Source: Alphaproteobacteria bacterium (lineage in GTDB: Bacteria > Pseudomonadota > Alphaproteobacteria > JACAEB01). Taken from it: a stretch of DNA of 64,000 bases. Shown here piece after piece: positions 1 to 9,300 of the stretch. Both the position numbers and the translations under genes were made by a program. Positions within the stretch are counted from its first letter, which is position 1. The number at the start of each line of letters is the position of its first letter. The stretch lies in the NCBI GenBank assembly GCA_024236075.1, contig JACKLE010000001.1, positions 450,440 through 514,439 of the forward strand. Direction: 5' to 3'. Below the pieces are notes generated by a model. The model saw only the letters and a program-made list of their open reading frames with translations. It ran no database searches and was not told the DNA's origin.

Positions 1-2
1 TC

Positions 3-794
3 ATGCTCCTCCAGCATCTGGAGGCGAACAACCTCAAGCTCTCGACGCTGAAGCGCGTCGTCATCGGCGGCTCGGCGGTTCCGCGGCGCATCCTCGAGGC
101 GTTCGAGGACAATTACGGCGTCGAGGTCATCCACGCCTGGGGCATGACCGAGACGAGCCCCATCGGCACGCTCTGCGTGCTGAAGGCCGGCCAGACGGAC
201 CTGCCGCGCGCGGAGCAGGTGAAGATCAAGCTGAAGCAGGGCCGCCCCATCTTTCCCGTGCAGCTCAAGATCGTCGACGACGAGGGCAAGGCCCTGCCGC
301 ACGACGGAAAGGCCTTCGGCCGGCTGATGATCAAGGGGCCCTTCATCGCGAAGGCCTATTTCAAGGGCGAGGGCGGCGATCCGCTCGACGCGGACGGCTA
401 TTTCGACACGGGCGACGTCGCGACCATCGACGGCGAGGGCTTCATCCAGATCACGGACCGCGCCAAGGACGTCATCAAGTCGGGCGGGGAATGGATCTCG
501 TCGATCGAGATCGAGAACATCGCGGTCGGCCATCCCAAGGTCGCCGAGGCGGCGGTCATCGGGCTCTACCATCCCAAATGGGACGAGCGCCCGCTCCTCA
601 TCATCGTGCCGAAGGCCGGGGAGAGCGTCACCAGGGAGGAGATCCTCGCCTATCTCGAAGGCAAGATCGCCAAATGGTGGATGCCGGACGATGTCGTCTT
701 CATCGAGGAGATGCCGCACACCGCGACCGGCAAGATCCAGAAGACGGCGCTCCGCGAGATGTTCAAGGATCACGTGCTGCCGACGGCGAAATAG
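3..794 (+). CDS. Long-chain fatty-acid--CoA ligase / AMP-dependent synthetase, C-terminal part (5' end outside window)
   Basis: The ORF is open from the window edge. The translation has adenylate-forming enzyme C-terminal motifs ([39 protein letters not shown]). Confidence 0.85.
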   Translation: MLLQHLEANNLKLSTLKRVVIGGSAVPRRILEAFEDNYGVEVIHAWGMTETSPIGTLCVLKAGQTDLPRAEQVKIKLKQGRPIFPVQLKIVDDEGKALPHDGKAFGRLMIKGPFIAKAYFKGEGGDPLDADGYFDTGDVATIDGEGFIQITDRAKDVIKSGGEWISSIEIENIAVGHPKVAEAAVIGLYHPKWDERPLLIIVPKAGESVTREEILAYLEGKIAKWWMPDDVVFIEEMPHTATGKIQKTALREMFKDHVLPTAK

Positions 795-824
795 GGGGCC
801 GCCGGCGAGGCGGGGGAGGGTTCT

Positions 825-1571
825 TTGCGCATCTGGCTCGAACGGCTCGGTTGGCTCGCTCTCGTCGTCGCGGTTCTGGCCGCCCTCAGCGCGGCCGCGG
901 CCGGCCCCGGCTATCAGCTCGGATGGTGGCCGCTCGGCGTCGCGCTCCAGCAGATCGTCAAATATTCCGTCTTTGCCCTCATCGGCGCGGCGGGGGTCGG
1001 CCTCCTCACCTTCCTCGTTCTCTTTGCGCTGCCGCCGCGCGAGGGCTGGCAGGCGGGCCTCGCGGCGCTCGTCCTCGCGGCGCTCGCGGGCGCCTACCCG
1101 CTCTCGCTCATCATGACCGCGCGCTCGGTGCCGGCGATTCACGACATCACGACGGACACGGAAGATCCGCCGGTCTTCGTCGACCTTCTCGCCGTGCGCA
1201 CGGGGGCGCTCAATCCGCCGGACTATGACGGGCCGCGCGTCGCCGCCCTGCAGAAGACCGCCTATCCGGACATCGTGCCGCTCGACGTCGAGGTCTCGCC
1301 CGACCGCGCCTTCGCCGAGGCGCAGGCCCTCGCCCAGGGCCTCGGCTGGCACGTCGTCGCGGCCGTTCCCGAGCAGGGCCGCATCGAGGCCTCGCAGAAG
1401 AGCTTCTGGTTCGGCTTCGTCGACGACGTGGTGATCCGCGTGAGCGAGCGCGAGGGCGGCTCGCGCATCGACATGCGCTCCAAATCCCGCGTCGGCCGCT
1501 CGGACATCGGCGCCAACGCGGCGCGCATCCGCCATTTCTTCGCCGAGCTCGAGGAGCGCCTCGCGAAATAG
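825..1571 (+). CDS. DUF1499-like membrane protein
   Basis: 248-aa ORF with N-terminal hydrophobic helices. The C-terminal segment SRIDMRSKSRVGRSDIGANAARIRHF resembles the DUF1499 signature. Confidence 0.65.
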   Translation: MRIWLERLGWLALVVAVLAALSAAAAGPGYQLGWWPLGVALQQIVKYSVFALIGAAGVGLLTFLVLFALPPREGWQAGLAALVLAALAGAYPLSLIMTARSVPAIHDITTDTEDPPVFVDLLAVRTGALNPPDYDGPRVAALQKTAYPDIVPLDVEVSPDRAFAEAQALAQGLGWHVVAAVPEQGRIEASQKSFWFGFVDDVVIRVSEREGGSRIDMRSKSRVGRSDIGANAARIRHFFAELEERLAK

Positions 1572-1579
1572 CGCGGCCG

Positions 1580-1858
1580 TCAGCCCAGCGGGATCACCTC
1601 GACGTCGACGAGCGCATTGCCGCTCGCCGGGTCGATCCAGATCTTGGATTGGGCCTTGCGCACGATCGCCTCGCCGACCTGAAGCTCCTGCGTCACGCCG
1701 TCGAACTGCACCTTCACCTCGTTGGCGCGGCGCCCTTCCGGCGGCTCGTCGAAGAGGAACTTCACCGAGAAGATGACTCCCGGCCCCTTCTTGTTCTCGT
1801 AAAGCATCCAGCGCCGGTCGACGAACAGTCTCGGCAGCACGAACTTCGCGTCGCTCAT
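1580..1858 (-). CDS. Small hypothetical protein (92 aa)
   Basis: In-frame ATG (MSDAKFVLPRLF...) inside the 118-aa ORF. Its composition is protein-like, unlike the Arg/Ala/Gly/Pro-rich shadow frames. I recognise no family. Confidence 0.45.
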   Translation of the reverse strand: MSDAKFVLPRLFVDRRWMLYENKKGPGVIFSVKFLFDEPPEGRRANEVKVQFDGVTQELQVGEAIVRKAQSKIWIDPASGNALVDVEVIPLG

Positions 1859-1958
1859 CGCACCATCCCCACCTTGCGCCCCGTCCCGCGGAGCCACCCG
1901 GCCCTGAGGGTAGATGGCAATGGGCGCGAACCTCAACCCCTCGGGCGACGGCGCGCGC

Positions 1959-2855
1959 TCAAGGCAGACGGTAGAGGGTGCCGCCGCCCGGCGCGTCCTC
2001 GCGGGCGACGCGGCCTTCGCGCGCGAGCTTCACGAGATGGGCGAGCACGGAGCGCGCGGCCGCCGCGTGGAGGCGCTTGTCGACGTCGCGATAGATGCTC
2101 GCCACCATGTCGGGGATGGCGCCATGGCCTTCGGCGATCGCGGACAGGATCGCGGCCTCGCGGGCCTCGCGGTGGCGGATGAGATAGGCGAGGAAGGGCT
2201 TCGTCTCGCGCACGGGCGGCCCGTGGGTCGGCCAGAGCACGCGGTCCTCGCGCGCGAGGAGCTTCTCCAGGCTCGCCATATAGGCGGCCATGTCGCCGTC
2301 GGGCGGCGAGACGACCGTCGTCGACCAGCCCATCACGTGATCGCCCGTGAAGAGATCGCCGGTCTCCTCGAGCGCGAAGCAGAGATGGTTCGAGGTGTGG
2401 CCGGGCGTGTGGATCGCGCGCACGCGCCAGCCCGCGCCCACGATCTCCTCGCCGTCCTTGACGCGACGGTCGGGGCGGAAATCGAAATCGCCACCCTCCT
2501 CGACGGCGACGCCCTCCTCGGCGCGGGCCTCGCCATGGGCCGCGAAAGCCCAGGTCGGCGCGCCCGTCGCCTGCTTCACGAGCGCGGCCGCCGGCGAGTG
2601 GTCGAGATGGGTGTGCGTGATGAGCTGGTGCGTGATGCGCTCGCCCCGCAGCGCCTCGAGGAGCGCGGCGACATGCGCCTCGTCGCGCGGGCCGGCGTCG
2701 ACGACCGCGACCTCGCCCCTGCCGATCACATAGGTGCCGGTGCCGGTATAGGTGAAGGGGCCCGGGTTCTTCGCGACGAGGCGGCGTATGCCGGGCGCGA
2801 CCTCGGCCATGACGCCGTAGTCGAAGGCGATCTCGCGGACGAAGGGCGCGCTCAC
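1959..2855 (-). CDS. MBL-fold metallo-hydrolase (LACTB2/glyoxalase II-like)
   Basis: Only the C-terminal 298 aa of the 660-aa ORF look real. They carry the HxHxDH motif (THTHLDHS) and later PGHTSNH and GDHVMG. The GTG start at 2853-2855 overlaps the stop of the upstream gene (GTGA). Confidence 0.85.
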   Translation of the reverse strand: MSAPFVREIAFDYGVMAEVAPGIRRLVAKNPGPFTYTGTGTYVIGRGEVAVVDAGPRDEAHVAALLEALRGERITHQLITHTHLDHSPAAALVKQATGAPTWAFAAHGEARAEEGVAVEEGGDFDFRPDRRVKDGEEIVGAGWRVRAIHTPGHTSNHLCFALEETGDLFTGDHVMGWSTTVVSPPDGDMAAYMASLEKLLAREDRVLWPTHGPPVRETKPFLAYLIRHREAREAAILSAIAEGHGAIPDMVASIYRDVDKRLHAAAARSVLAHLVKLAREGRVAREDAPGGGTLYRLP

Positions 2856-3841
2856 CGCCCCGACGGCCCCTCGCGCGGGGCCCCCTCGCGCGCTCCGCCC
2901 TGACGCTGGGCGATGCCGGTGACATAGGCCTCGAAGGTGCGCGCGAGGCGGTTGAGCGCTCTCAGCTTGTCGTAGAGCGGGAGCGCGACGGGCGGACCCA
3001 TGCAGGTCTTGTTGGCGTCGACGATGTAGATGCGTCCCGAGACGCGGTCGCGCAGCACGTCGCAGCTTCCGACCTCGAGATGCATCTCGCGCGCGAAGGC
3101 GAGGATCTTCTCGACCTCCCCGGCGCTTAGGAGCTCGGCGGTCTCGTGGAAGGAGACGCGGCTGTTCTCGTTCGCGAAGCGGATCTCGAGGGGGCGCTCC
3201 TTGATGTAGGCGAACGGGATCGTCTCGCCGATGATCGGCACACGGATGTCCTGGACATGCGCCCCGTCCGGCGCGTTGTCGATGAGGCGCTGGAAGACGA
3301 CGCCCTCCGGCACGTCGGCGAGGGGGCAGGCGACGACCGTTCCGTCGTGGGCCGCGTTCTGCACGGATTTGCGCACGGCCGGCCCGACATGGCTGCGCGG
3401 GTCGACGCTCAGGGGATAGCCGAAGACGCGCTCGAAGGTCGCGGCCACGCGGTCCTTGCCGATGTCGGTGCAGCGCAGGTTGACGACGTGGCGGTTCTCC
3501 TCGATCAGGCGGTCGAGATTGGCCTTGGCCTGCGTCGCGTCCTCGAAATAGTAGAGCACGTCGCAGTCGCGCGGGTCCTTCGCGGCCCGGGCGCCGAGAA
3601 AGGTCATCACGTTCCAGATGAGGTACCAGGGCCCCGGCCGGTGCGGGAAGAAGCCGATGGAGAGGGGCCGGAAGAGCTTCGTCGGCCGACGGACGAGCCA
3701 GACGCACGAGACCACCACATAGAGGGTGATCATGCGCGCGAGATCCTTGACGAGGGCCGGCGTGATGGGCACGAGCGTGCGGGTCGAGCGCAGGAAGAAG
3801 GCACCCCGCCGCACCTCGCAGTCGTTGTAGAGCAGCACCAT
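2852..3841 (-). CDS. Hypothetical protein, possibly ATP-grasp-like C-terminal half
   Basis: 329-aa ORF with non-shadow composition and a 4-nt overlap with the downstream MBL gene. The segment SCDVLRDRVSGRIYIVDANKT is reminiscent of ATP-grasp Mg/ATP-site strands. This family assignment is weak. Confidence 0.5.
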   Translation of the reverse strand: MVLLYNDCEVRRGAFFLRSTRTLVPITPALVKDLARMITLYVVVSCVWLVRRPTKLFRPLSIGFFPHRPGPWYLIWNVMTFLGARAAKDPRDCDVLYYFEDATQAKANLDRLIEENRHVVNLRCTDIGKDRVAATFERVFGYPLSVDPRSHVGPAVRKSVQNAAHDGTVVACPLADVPEGVVFQRLIDNAPDGAHVQDIRVPIIGETIPFAYIKERPLEIRFANENSRVSFHETAELLSAGEVEKILAFAREMHLEVGSCDVLRDRVSGRIYIVDANKTCMGPPVALPLYDKLRALNRLARTFEAYVTGIAQRQGGAREGAPREGPSGR

Positions 3842-4042
3842 GCCCCTCCTCGCCGCGCCCGTCGCGGGGATGCGCAGGCCGGCCCGCGCCGCTCCTGCAT
3901 TCGCGGCGAATTATAGTGCGCGGCCGGCGCGCCACAATCACGATGACGTGCGCGAGAAAGGCAAGGCGTCGCAGGACGGGTGGCGGGGCGGGCGCCCGAC
4001 GCCGGGGCCCCGAATCGGGCCGGCGATTCGCACGGCGCGAAT

Positions 4043-4119
4043 TGGTCGGAGTGAGAGGATTCGAACCTCCGGCCCCCGCCTCCCGAAGACGGTGCTCTAC
4101 CAGGCTGAGCTACACTCCG
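4043..4119 (-). tRNA. tRNA-Pro (anticodon CGG)
   Basis: The reverse complement folds as a cloverleaf. Acceptor stem is CGGAGTG/CACTCCG, D stem GCTC/GAGC, anticodon stem CCGTC/GGCGG with loop TTCGGGA, and T loop TTCGAAT. The 3' CCA is encoded. Length 77 nt. Confidence 0.92.
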
Positions 4120-4234
4120 AACCGAGGCGCCAGGGTATAGCGGCGGGCCGGAAGCGGCGCAAGCCGAGGCGTTGCCAGGCCATGAGGAAGCGACTATGTT
4201 CCCGCCCTCTTCGGGCCGGTCCCGTGAAGAGCGT

Positions 4235-4308
4235 TGGGGCGTGGCCAAGCGGTAAGGCAGCGGGTTTTGGTCCCGCGATCCCAGGTTCGAATCCTGGCGC
4301 CCCAGCCA
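4235..4308 (+). tRNA. tRNA-Gln (anticodon TTG)
   Basis: Acceptor stem TGGGGCG/CGCCCCA, anticodon stem GCGGG/CCCGC with loop TTTTGGT, T arm CCAGG-TTCGAAT-CCTGG. The 3' CCA is encoded. Confidence 0.92.
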
Positions 4309-5023
4309 GCTTTCCGCGCATCCGCTTTCGCACGAGGCGCGTCAACCTTAACGCGGCGCGCCCGCGCGCTATATGACTGGAACGCGGTCGGTTACGTCTT
4401 GCGGTGCCGCGCGACTTTAGCTAGGTTCCCGCCTTGCTCGCGCGGGGTGGGGCTCGCGCGAGGGCGCCGGCCGGTTGGGCCGGCCAAGGGGACGGGGCAA
4501 GACGAGAATCGATCCGGCCGAATACGCGTCGTGACGCTTCCGGAGGAACTTCGGTTCCGGTCGAAGTGTTCGGCCGAATAAGGCCTGAATAGGGCGATCG
4601 GCGCCTTGAATTCGGCGCGACGTCATGGGATGTTTAAGAGTCAGGCGTCCAATAGAAGACGCCGATGCCCCTCTCGCCGCAGACGGTGGCCGCAAGGCCG
4701 GCGGACTCGGACGAAGAGGGCTCTCGAGGAGGCGCCGCGTCCTTTCGCGGTTCACGGCGGTCGAGGTCGGAGCCTTAAGCGGCTCCGGTCGGTCTTAACG
4801 ATGTTGCGCAAGGACGATTGCGCTCTGTGCGTGCACCTGTGACGAGCTCCGCGCGCGGATCCGTCGAAGTGGGAAGGGTGGTCAGGAAGCCGTGAGACCT
4901 TTTGGCAATATTTTCGTTTATCCGTTTGCGAACGACGGCGGGTCCGGCGGCAGGGCCGCTCGCGCGACCTTGACATCCCTCTCCAATTTGCGGAGCGGGG
5001 CATCTCTCGTGGTGAAGAGGGCA

Positions 5024-5821
5024 ATGATGACCGATCACGTGTTCCGTAGTCTGCGGGTTCTGCCGGCGGCGCTGCTGCTCGCCGGCGCGCTTGCGAGCCC
5101 CGCAGCGGCGCAGCTCGAGCAGAACAAGGGCGAGATCGCTGGGACGACGGCCGATGGCCAGAAGGCCCAGAAGGAGGTCGATCAGCTGGACGATCAGCGC
5201 GACGATCTCGAGTTCAAATATCGCCGCACGCTGCTCCAGCTCGAAGGCCTGCAGATCTACAACGACCAGCAGAAGCGCTTCATCGCGAAGCAGGAAGAAG
5301 AGAAGGTCACGCTGCAGAACCAGATCGAGAACATCGCGAGCCTGACGCGCGACCTGACGCCGCTCATGCTCGACATGGTCGCCTCGGTGAAGAAGTTCGT
5401 CGCGCTCGACCTGCCCTTCCTGCAGAAGCTGCGCAACGAGCGGATCGCGCGCCTCGATACGGTGATGGCCGATCCCCAGGCGCTGGCGGCGGACCGCTAC
5501 CGCGCGATCCTCGACATGTACAAGAGCGAGAACGAGTACGGCCGCACGATCCAGGCCTACACGGACGAAATCGAGATCGACGGCGAGAAGCGCAAGGTCG
5601 ACTTCCTGAAGATCGGCCGCGTCGGCTTCTACTACCAGACGCCCGACCAGCAGATCTCGGCCTACTTCAATCCCGACACGCGGAGCTGGGAGCGGCTGTC
5701 CGGCAGCTACAACCAGGCGATCCGCCGCGGCATCAAGATGGCGCTCGAGGTGATCCCGCCCGACGTCATGGTGCTGCCGGTCTATGTCTCGACGCAATCC
5801 TCCGAGCAACCTTCCAAGTAA
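5024..5821 (+). CDS. DUF3450-domain protein (TtpB-like, TonB-system associated), secreted coiled-coil
   Basis: Start reset to ATG 5024, with GAAGAGG 4 nt upstream. A signal peptide (LLLAGALASPAAAQ) is followed by coiled-coil sequence. The gene sits first in a MotA/ExbB-ExbD-TonB cluster. Confidence 0.75.
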   Translation: MMTDHVFRSLRVLPAALLLAGALASPAAAQLEQNKGEIAGTTADGQKAQKEVDQLDDQRDDLEFKYRRTLLQLEGLQIYNDQQKRFIAKQEEEKVTLQNQIENIASLTRDLTPLMLDMVASVKKFVALDLPFLQKLRNERIARLDTVMADPQALAADRYRAILDMYKSENEYGRTIQAYTDEIEIDGEKRKVDFLKIGRVGFYYQTPDQQISAYFNPDTRSWERLSGSYNQAIRRGIKMALEVIPPDVMVLPVYVSTQSSEQPSK

Positions 5822-5825
5822 AGCG

Positions 5826-7229
5826 ATGGGGCCGATCACGATGACCAAGCTTCGTACTCTTGCCGCGGCGGCCGCTTTCGCCGTCGCCGGCCTCATCGCG
5901 GGCGCCGCCGTCACCGGAGCCTATGCCCAGCAGGGCGAGCCCACGAACCTCAACCAGCTTCTCGACCGCGTGCGCAAAGGGCGCCAGGTCGAGCAGGCCG
6001 AGAACCTGAAGCGCATCGAGGAATTCCGCGCGAAGGTCAGCGAGCAGCGCCGCCTCCTCTCGGACGCGGAAGCGGCGGTGAAGCGCGAGGAGGCGCTCGC
6101 CGACCAGCTCAACAAGACGCTCGAGGACAATCGCAAGATCCTCACCGATCTCGAAAAGGAGCTCGCCTCGCGGGCCGGCTCGTTCCGCGAGCTCTTCGGC
6201 CAGGTGCGCCAGGCCGCCAGCGACATGAGCGGCCAGGTCGGCGCCTCCATGGTGAGCGCGCAGTTCCCCGGCCGCGAGAAGGTGCTCGACAAGCTCTCCA
6301 ACGTGCGCGGACTGCCCACGGTCGACGAGCTCGAGGATCTCTGGTTCATCCTGCAGCAGGAAGCGGTCGAGCAGGGCCGCGTGGCGCGCTTCGATGCCGA
6401 AGTGTACCGCACGGACGGCAAGGCCGTGACGACGGAAGTCGTCCGTGTCGGTCCGTTCACGGCCGTCGCCGACAACAAATATCTCGGCTTCGAGACCGAC
6501 CGCAGCACGGGCGTCCAGCAGCTCCGCTTCCTGGGCCGTCAGCCGGGCGGCGCGCTTCCGGGCGCGGCCAGCCGCCTCATGGACGTGAAGCCGGGCGAGG
6601 TCGAGAGCCTTCCGGTCGACCCCTCGCGCGGCCAGCTCCTGAAGCTGCTCATCGACTTCCCGACGCTTCGCGAGCGCATCGCCCAGGGCAAGACCGTCGG
6701 CTACATCATCATCGTGATGGGCTTCCTCGGCATGCTCCTCGCCCTCTGGCGCATTCTCGTGCTCACGGGCGTTTCGGGCGCCGTCGCCGCGCAGGCCCGC
6801 AATCCGGGCAATCCGCGCAAGGGCAATCCGCTCGGCCGCATCCTCCTCGTCGCCGAGGAGAACAAGGGCGCGGACACCGAGACGCTGGAGCTCAAGCTCG
6901 ACGAGCAGATCGTCAAGGAGCTTCCCAAGCTCGAGCTCGGCCTCAACATGATGAAGGTCGTGACCGCCGCCGCGCCGCTCCTCGGGCTGCTCGGCACGGT
7001 GACCGGGATGATCAACGTGTTCCAGACGATCACGCTGTTCGGCACCGGCGACCCCAAGCTCATGGCGAGCGGCATCTCGGAAGCTCTCGTCACGACCGTG
7101 CTGGGTCTCGTCACCGCCATTCCGATGCTCGTCTTCACGAACATCGCGGCCGGCCGCGCCAAGGCCGTGTCGCAGGTGCTCGAGGAAGAGTCGATCGGCA
7201 TCGTGGCGGCGCAGGCCGAGCGCCACTGA
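5826..7229 (+). CDS. Large MotA/TolQ/ExbB proton-channel family protein (TtpC-like)
   Basis: Signal peptide and long periplasmic coiled-coil N-terminus, then the MotA/ExbB channel core (LLGLLGTVTGMINVF...SGISEALVTTVLGL). The start could be 5826 or 5841. Confidence 0.85.
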   Translation: MGPITMTKLRTLAAAAAFAVAGLIAGAAVTGAYAQQGEPTNLNQLLDRVRKGRQVEQAENLKRIEEFRAKVSEQRRLLSDAEAAVKREEALADQLNKTLEDNRKILTDLEKELASRAGSFRELFGQVRQAASDMSGQVGASMVSAQFPGREKVLDKLSNVRGLPTVDELEDLWFILQQEAVEQGRVARFDAEVYRTDGKAVTTEVVRVGPFTAVADNKYLGFETDRSTGVQQLRFLGRQPGGALPGAASRLMDVKPGEVESLPVDPSRGQLLKLLIDFPTLRERIAQGKTVGYIIIVMGFLGMLLALWRILVLTGVSGAVAAQARNPGNPRKGNPLGRILLVAEENKGADTETLELKLDEQIVKELPKLELGLNMMKVVTAAAPLLGLLGTVTGMINVFQTITLFGTGDPKLMASGISEALVTTVLGLVTAIPMLVFTNIAAGRAKAVSQVLEEESIGIVAAQAERH

Positions 7230-7273
7230 TGGGTCGCCCAAGCGGCGTTGCCAAGGCATAGGAGCAGCCTGTC

Positions 7274-7798
7274 ATGCTCAATCCGTTCGGCGCGATCGTC
7301 GAGCTTCGAGCCTTCCTCGACAGCGGCGGAAACGTGCTCTACGCGATCATGGTGGCGACCTTCTTTCTGTGGGCGCTCATCGTGGAACGCTTCCTTTTTC
7401 TCGGCACAGCCATGCCGGGGCTCAGGAAGTCCGGCATCGCGAGCTGGAATGCGCGCCCGGAGCATTCGTCCTGGACCGCGCACAAGGTCCGCACGGGGCT
7501 CATCTCGCGCTACAAGTCGGCGGTCGAGGGCAATCTCGACATGCTCGCGACCCTCGTGGCGCTCGCCCCGCTGCTGGGCCTGCTCGGCACGGTGACGGGG
7601 ATGGTCGAGGTCTTCGACACGCTCTCCTTCCTCGGAGCGGCCAATGCGCGCGCCATGGCGGCGGGCGTCTCCAAGGCGACGCTTCCGACCATGGCGGGCA
7701 TGACGGCGGCTCTATCGGGCCTGTTCTTCAGCGAGCTCCTGCGCAAGCGCGCCGAGCGCGAAGTGCAGCGCTTCGCCGACGAGCTCGAGCTGAGGTGA
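7274..7798 (+). CDS. exbB: MotA/TolQ/ExbB proton-channel protein (ExbB)
   Basis: 174 aa with three predicted TM segments and the motif LLGLLGTVTGMVEVF...AGVSKATLPTMAGM. Confidence 0.85.
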   Translation: MLNPFGAIVELRAFLDSGGNVLYAIMVATFFLWALIVERFLFLGTAMPGLRKSGIASWNARPEHSSWTAHKVRTGLISRYKSAVEGNLDMLATLVALAPLLGLLGTVTGMVEVFDTLSFLGAANARAMAAGVSKATLPTMAGMTAALSGLFFSELLRKRAEREVQRFADELELR

Positions 7799-7808
7799 GG
7801 GGCGCGCC

Positions 7809-8234
7809 ATGAAGCACCGCAGGGCCGGAGGCGGCGAAGACGCGGCGGCGATCGACCTGACGCCGATGCTCGACATCGTCTTCATCATGCTGATCTTCTT
7901 CATCGTGACCGCGACCTTCGTTCAGGAGGAAGGGATCGAGGTCACGCGCCCGGACGAGCAGGAGTCCGTCGTCAACAATCTGGCCGTGGTCGCCATTCCG
8001 ATCCGGATCGACGGCGAGAACCGCATCTATTTCGGTTCGGGCGCGGACGAGCGCGTGATCACGGTCGGCGCGGTGCGCGCCAACGTGCAGCGCGGGCTCG
8101 CGGACGATCCGAACTCGCCGGTCATCATCCAGGCGGACGAGCGCACCGATAGCGGCATCGCCATCCGCGTGCTCGACCAGGTGAAGGCGGCGAAGCCGAA
8201 GAATGTCACGATCACCGCGGCCAAGCGCGGCTAG
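7809..8234 (+). CDS. exbD: Biopolymer transporter ExbD/TolR
   Basis: 141 aa with the typical N-terminus IDLTPMLDIVFIMLIFFIV, including the conserved Asp in the TM helix. Confidence 0.88.
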   Translation: MKHRRAGGGEDAAAIDLTPMLDIVFIMLIFFIVTATFVQEEGIEVTRPDEQESVVNNLAVVAIPIRIDGENRIYFGSGADERVITVGAVRANVQRGLADDPNSPVIIQADERTDSGIAIRVLDQVKAAKPKNVTITAAKRG

Positions 8235-8264
8235 GGGCGGTGGATCGAAAATGAGGTTAGGCGC

Positions 8265-8672
8265 ATGAAGCGGCGGAGCATAGGAGACGGCGACAGTTCC
8301 TCGCCGATCGACCTGACACCGATGCTCGACATCGTGTTCATCATGCTGATCTTCTTCATCGTGACGGCGACCTTCATCCGCGAGCCGGGCGTGAAGGTGG
8401 AGAAGCCTGCGGTGGAGACCGGGCAGCCGCTGAAGAACGTCGCCATCCTCGTCGCGATCTCGGCGGACAACATCATCTACATGGACGGCAAGCCGGTCCC
8501 GCCGCGGGACGTGCGCCCGACCATCGAGCGCCTCAGAAGCGAGAATCCGAAAGGCGGCGTGGTGATCCAGGCCGACGAAGAGGCCGATATGGGGCTCACC
8601 GTGCTTGTGATGGACGAGGCGAGGGCCGCGCGCGCGCCTTCCGTCAGCGTCTCCACGATCGAGCAGGAGTGA
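8265..8672 (+). CDS. exbD: Biopolymer transporter ExbD/TolR (second paralogue)
   Basis: 135 aa with an almost identical N-terminal motif (IDLTPMLDIVFIMLIFFIV) but a divergent periplasmic domain. Confidence 0.88.
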   Translation: MKRRSIGDGDSSSPIDLTPMLDIVFIMLIFFIVTATFIREPGVKVEKPAVETGQPLKNVAILVAISADNIIYMDGKPVPPRDVRPTIERLRSENPKGGVVIQADEEADMGLTVLVMDEARAARAPSVSVSTIEQE

Positions 8673-8682
8673 GGGCGGAGAC

Positions 8683-9297
8683 ATGCTGGGTGCGCTGCCA
8701 CGCTACATCGTCGCTCTTCCCTCCGCGGTCGTCGCCACGGTCGCCATCTTCTTCCTGATGCGCGCGCTCGTGACGACCAAGTACGAGCTTCCGGTCTCCA
8801 AGGACACGGTCTCGATCTCCGTGACGCGCCAGGAGAAGAAGGAAAACGCGATCGACGACGACCTCTTCGCGCCGCCCTCCGCGCAGGATACGCCGCCCCC
8901 GCCGCCGCTCGACCTCGAGGCGGCCGCGCCGTCCGACCTCTCGGGCACGCCCATCGCGCTGCCCGGCATGGAGGGCATCAAGTTCGGCCAGGGCGCCGTC
9001 ATCAGCTCGAATTCGCCCACGCTCATCTACATGCCGCAGGAATATCCCTCGTCCTACAGCGGCAGGCTGAACTATTGGGTGCGCGTCACCGTGGAGTTCG
9101 ACACGACCGTCAACGGCACGGCCGAGAACATCCGCGTCATCGGCATCGATCCGCCGAACGCGCCCGATGCCTTCAAGCAGGAGACCATCCGGGCCTTCCA
9201 GCGCGCGAAGTTCAAGCCGCCATTGGACGAGAAAGGCAATCCGAAGCCCACGACAGGAAACCAGCTGACGCTCGCGTTCGATCCGAAGGCACAGTAG
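8683..9297 (+). CDS. Energy transducer TonB-family protein
   Basis: N-terminal TM anchor, Pro-rich spacer (DTPPPPPLD), and a C-terminal TonB-like domain (YWVRVTVEFDTTVNGTAENIRVIG...RAKFKP). Confidence 0.8.
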   Translation: MLGALPRYIVALPSAVVATVAIFFLMRALVTTKYELPVSKDTVSISVTRQEKKENAIDDDLFAPPSAQDTPPPPPLDLEAAAPSDLSGTPIALPGMEGIKFGQGAVISSNSPTLIYMPQEYPSSYSGRLNYWVRVTVEFDTTVNGTAENIRVIGIDPPNAPDAFKQETIRAFQRAKFKPPLDEKGNPKPTTGNQLTLAFDPKAQ

Positions 9298-9300
9298 GAA

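Noticed and set aside
1959-3941. A 660-aa minus-strand ORF that suggests a large fusion protein
   Set aside because: Only the last 298 aa (MBL-fold hydrolase) look like protein. The N-terminal two-thirds are Arg/Pro/Gly-rich and overlap, in another frame, the better-supported 329-aa ORF at 2852-3841.
4855-4905. A possible cobalamin riboswitch fragment (GGGAAGGGTGGTCAGGAAGCC) upstream of the TonB cluster
   Set aside because: There is only a loose resemblance to the GGGAA...GGTG...CC core. I found no B12 box (GCCACTG-like) or the surrounding conserved helices.
4120-5023. A genomic island or integrase adjacent to the tRNA-Pro / tRNA-Gln pair
   Set aside because: No integrase-like ORF is present, no direct repeat of either tRNA 3' end could be found downstream, and the composition is not clearly foreign.
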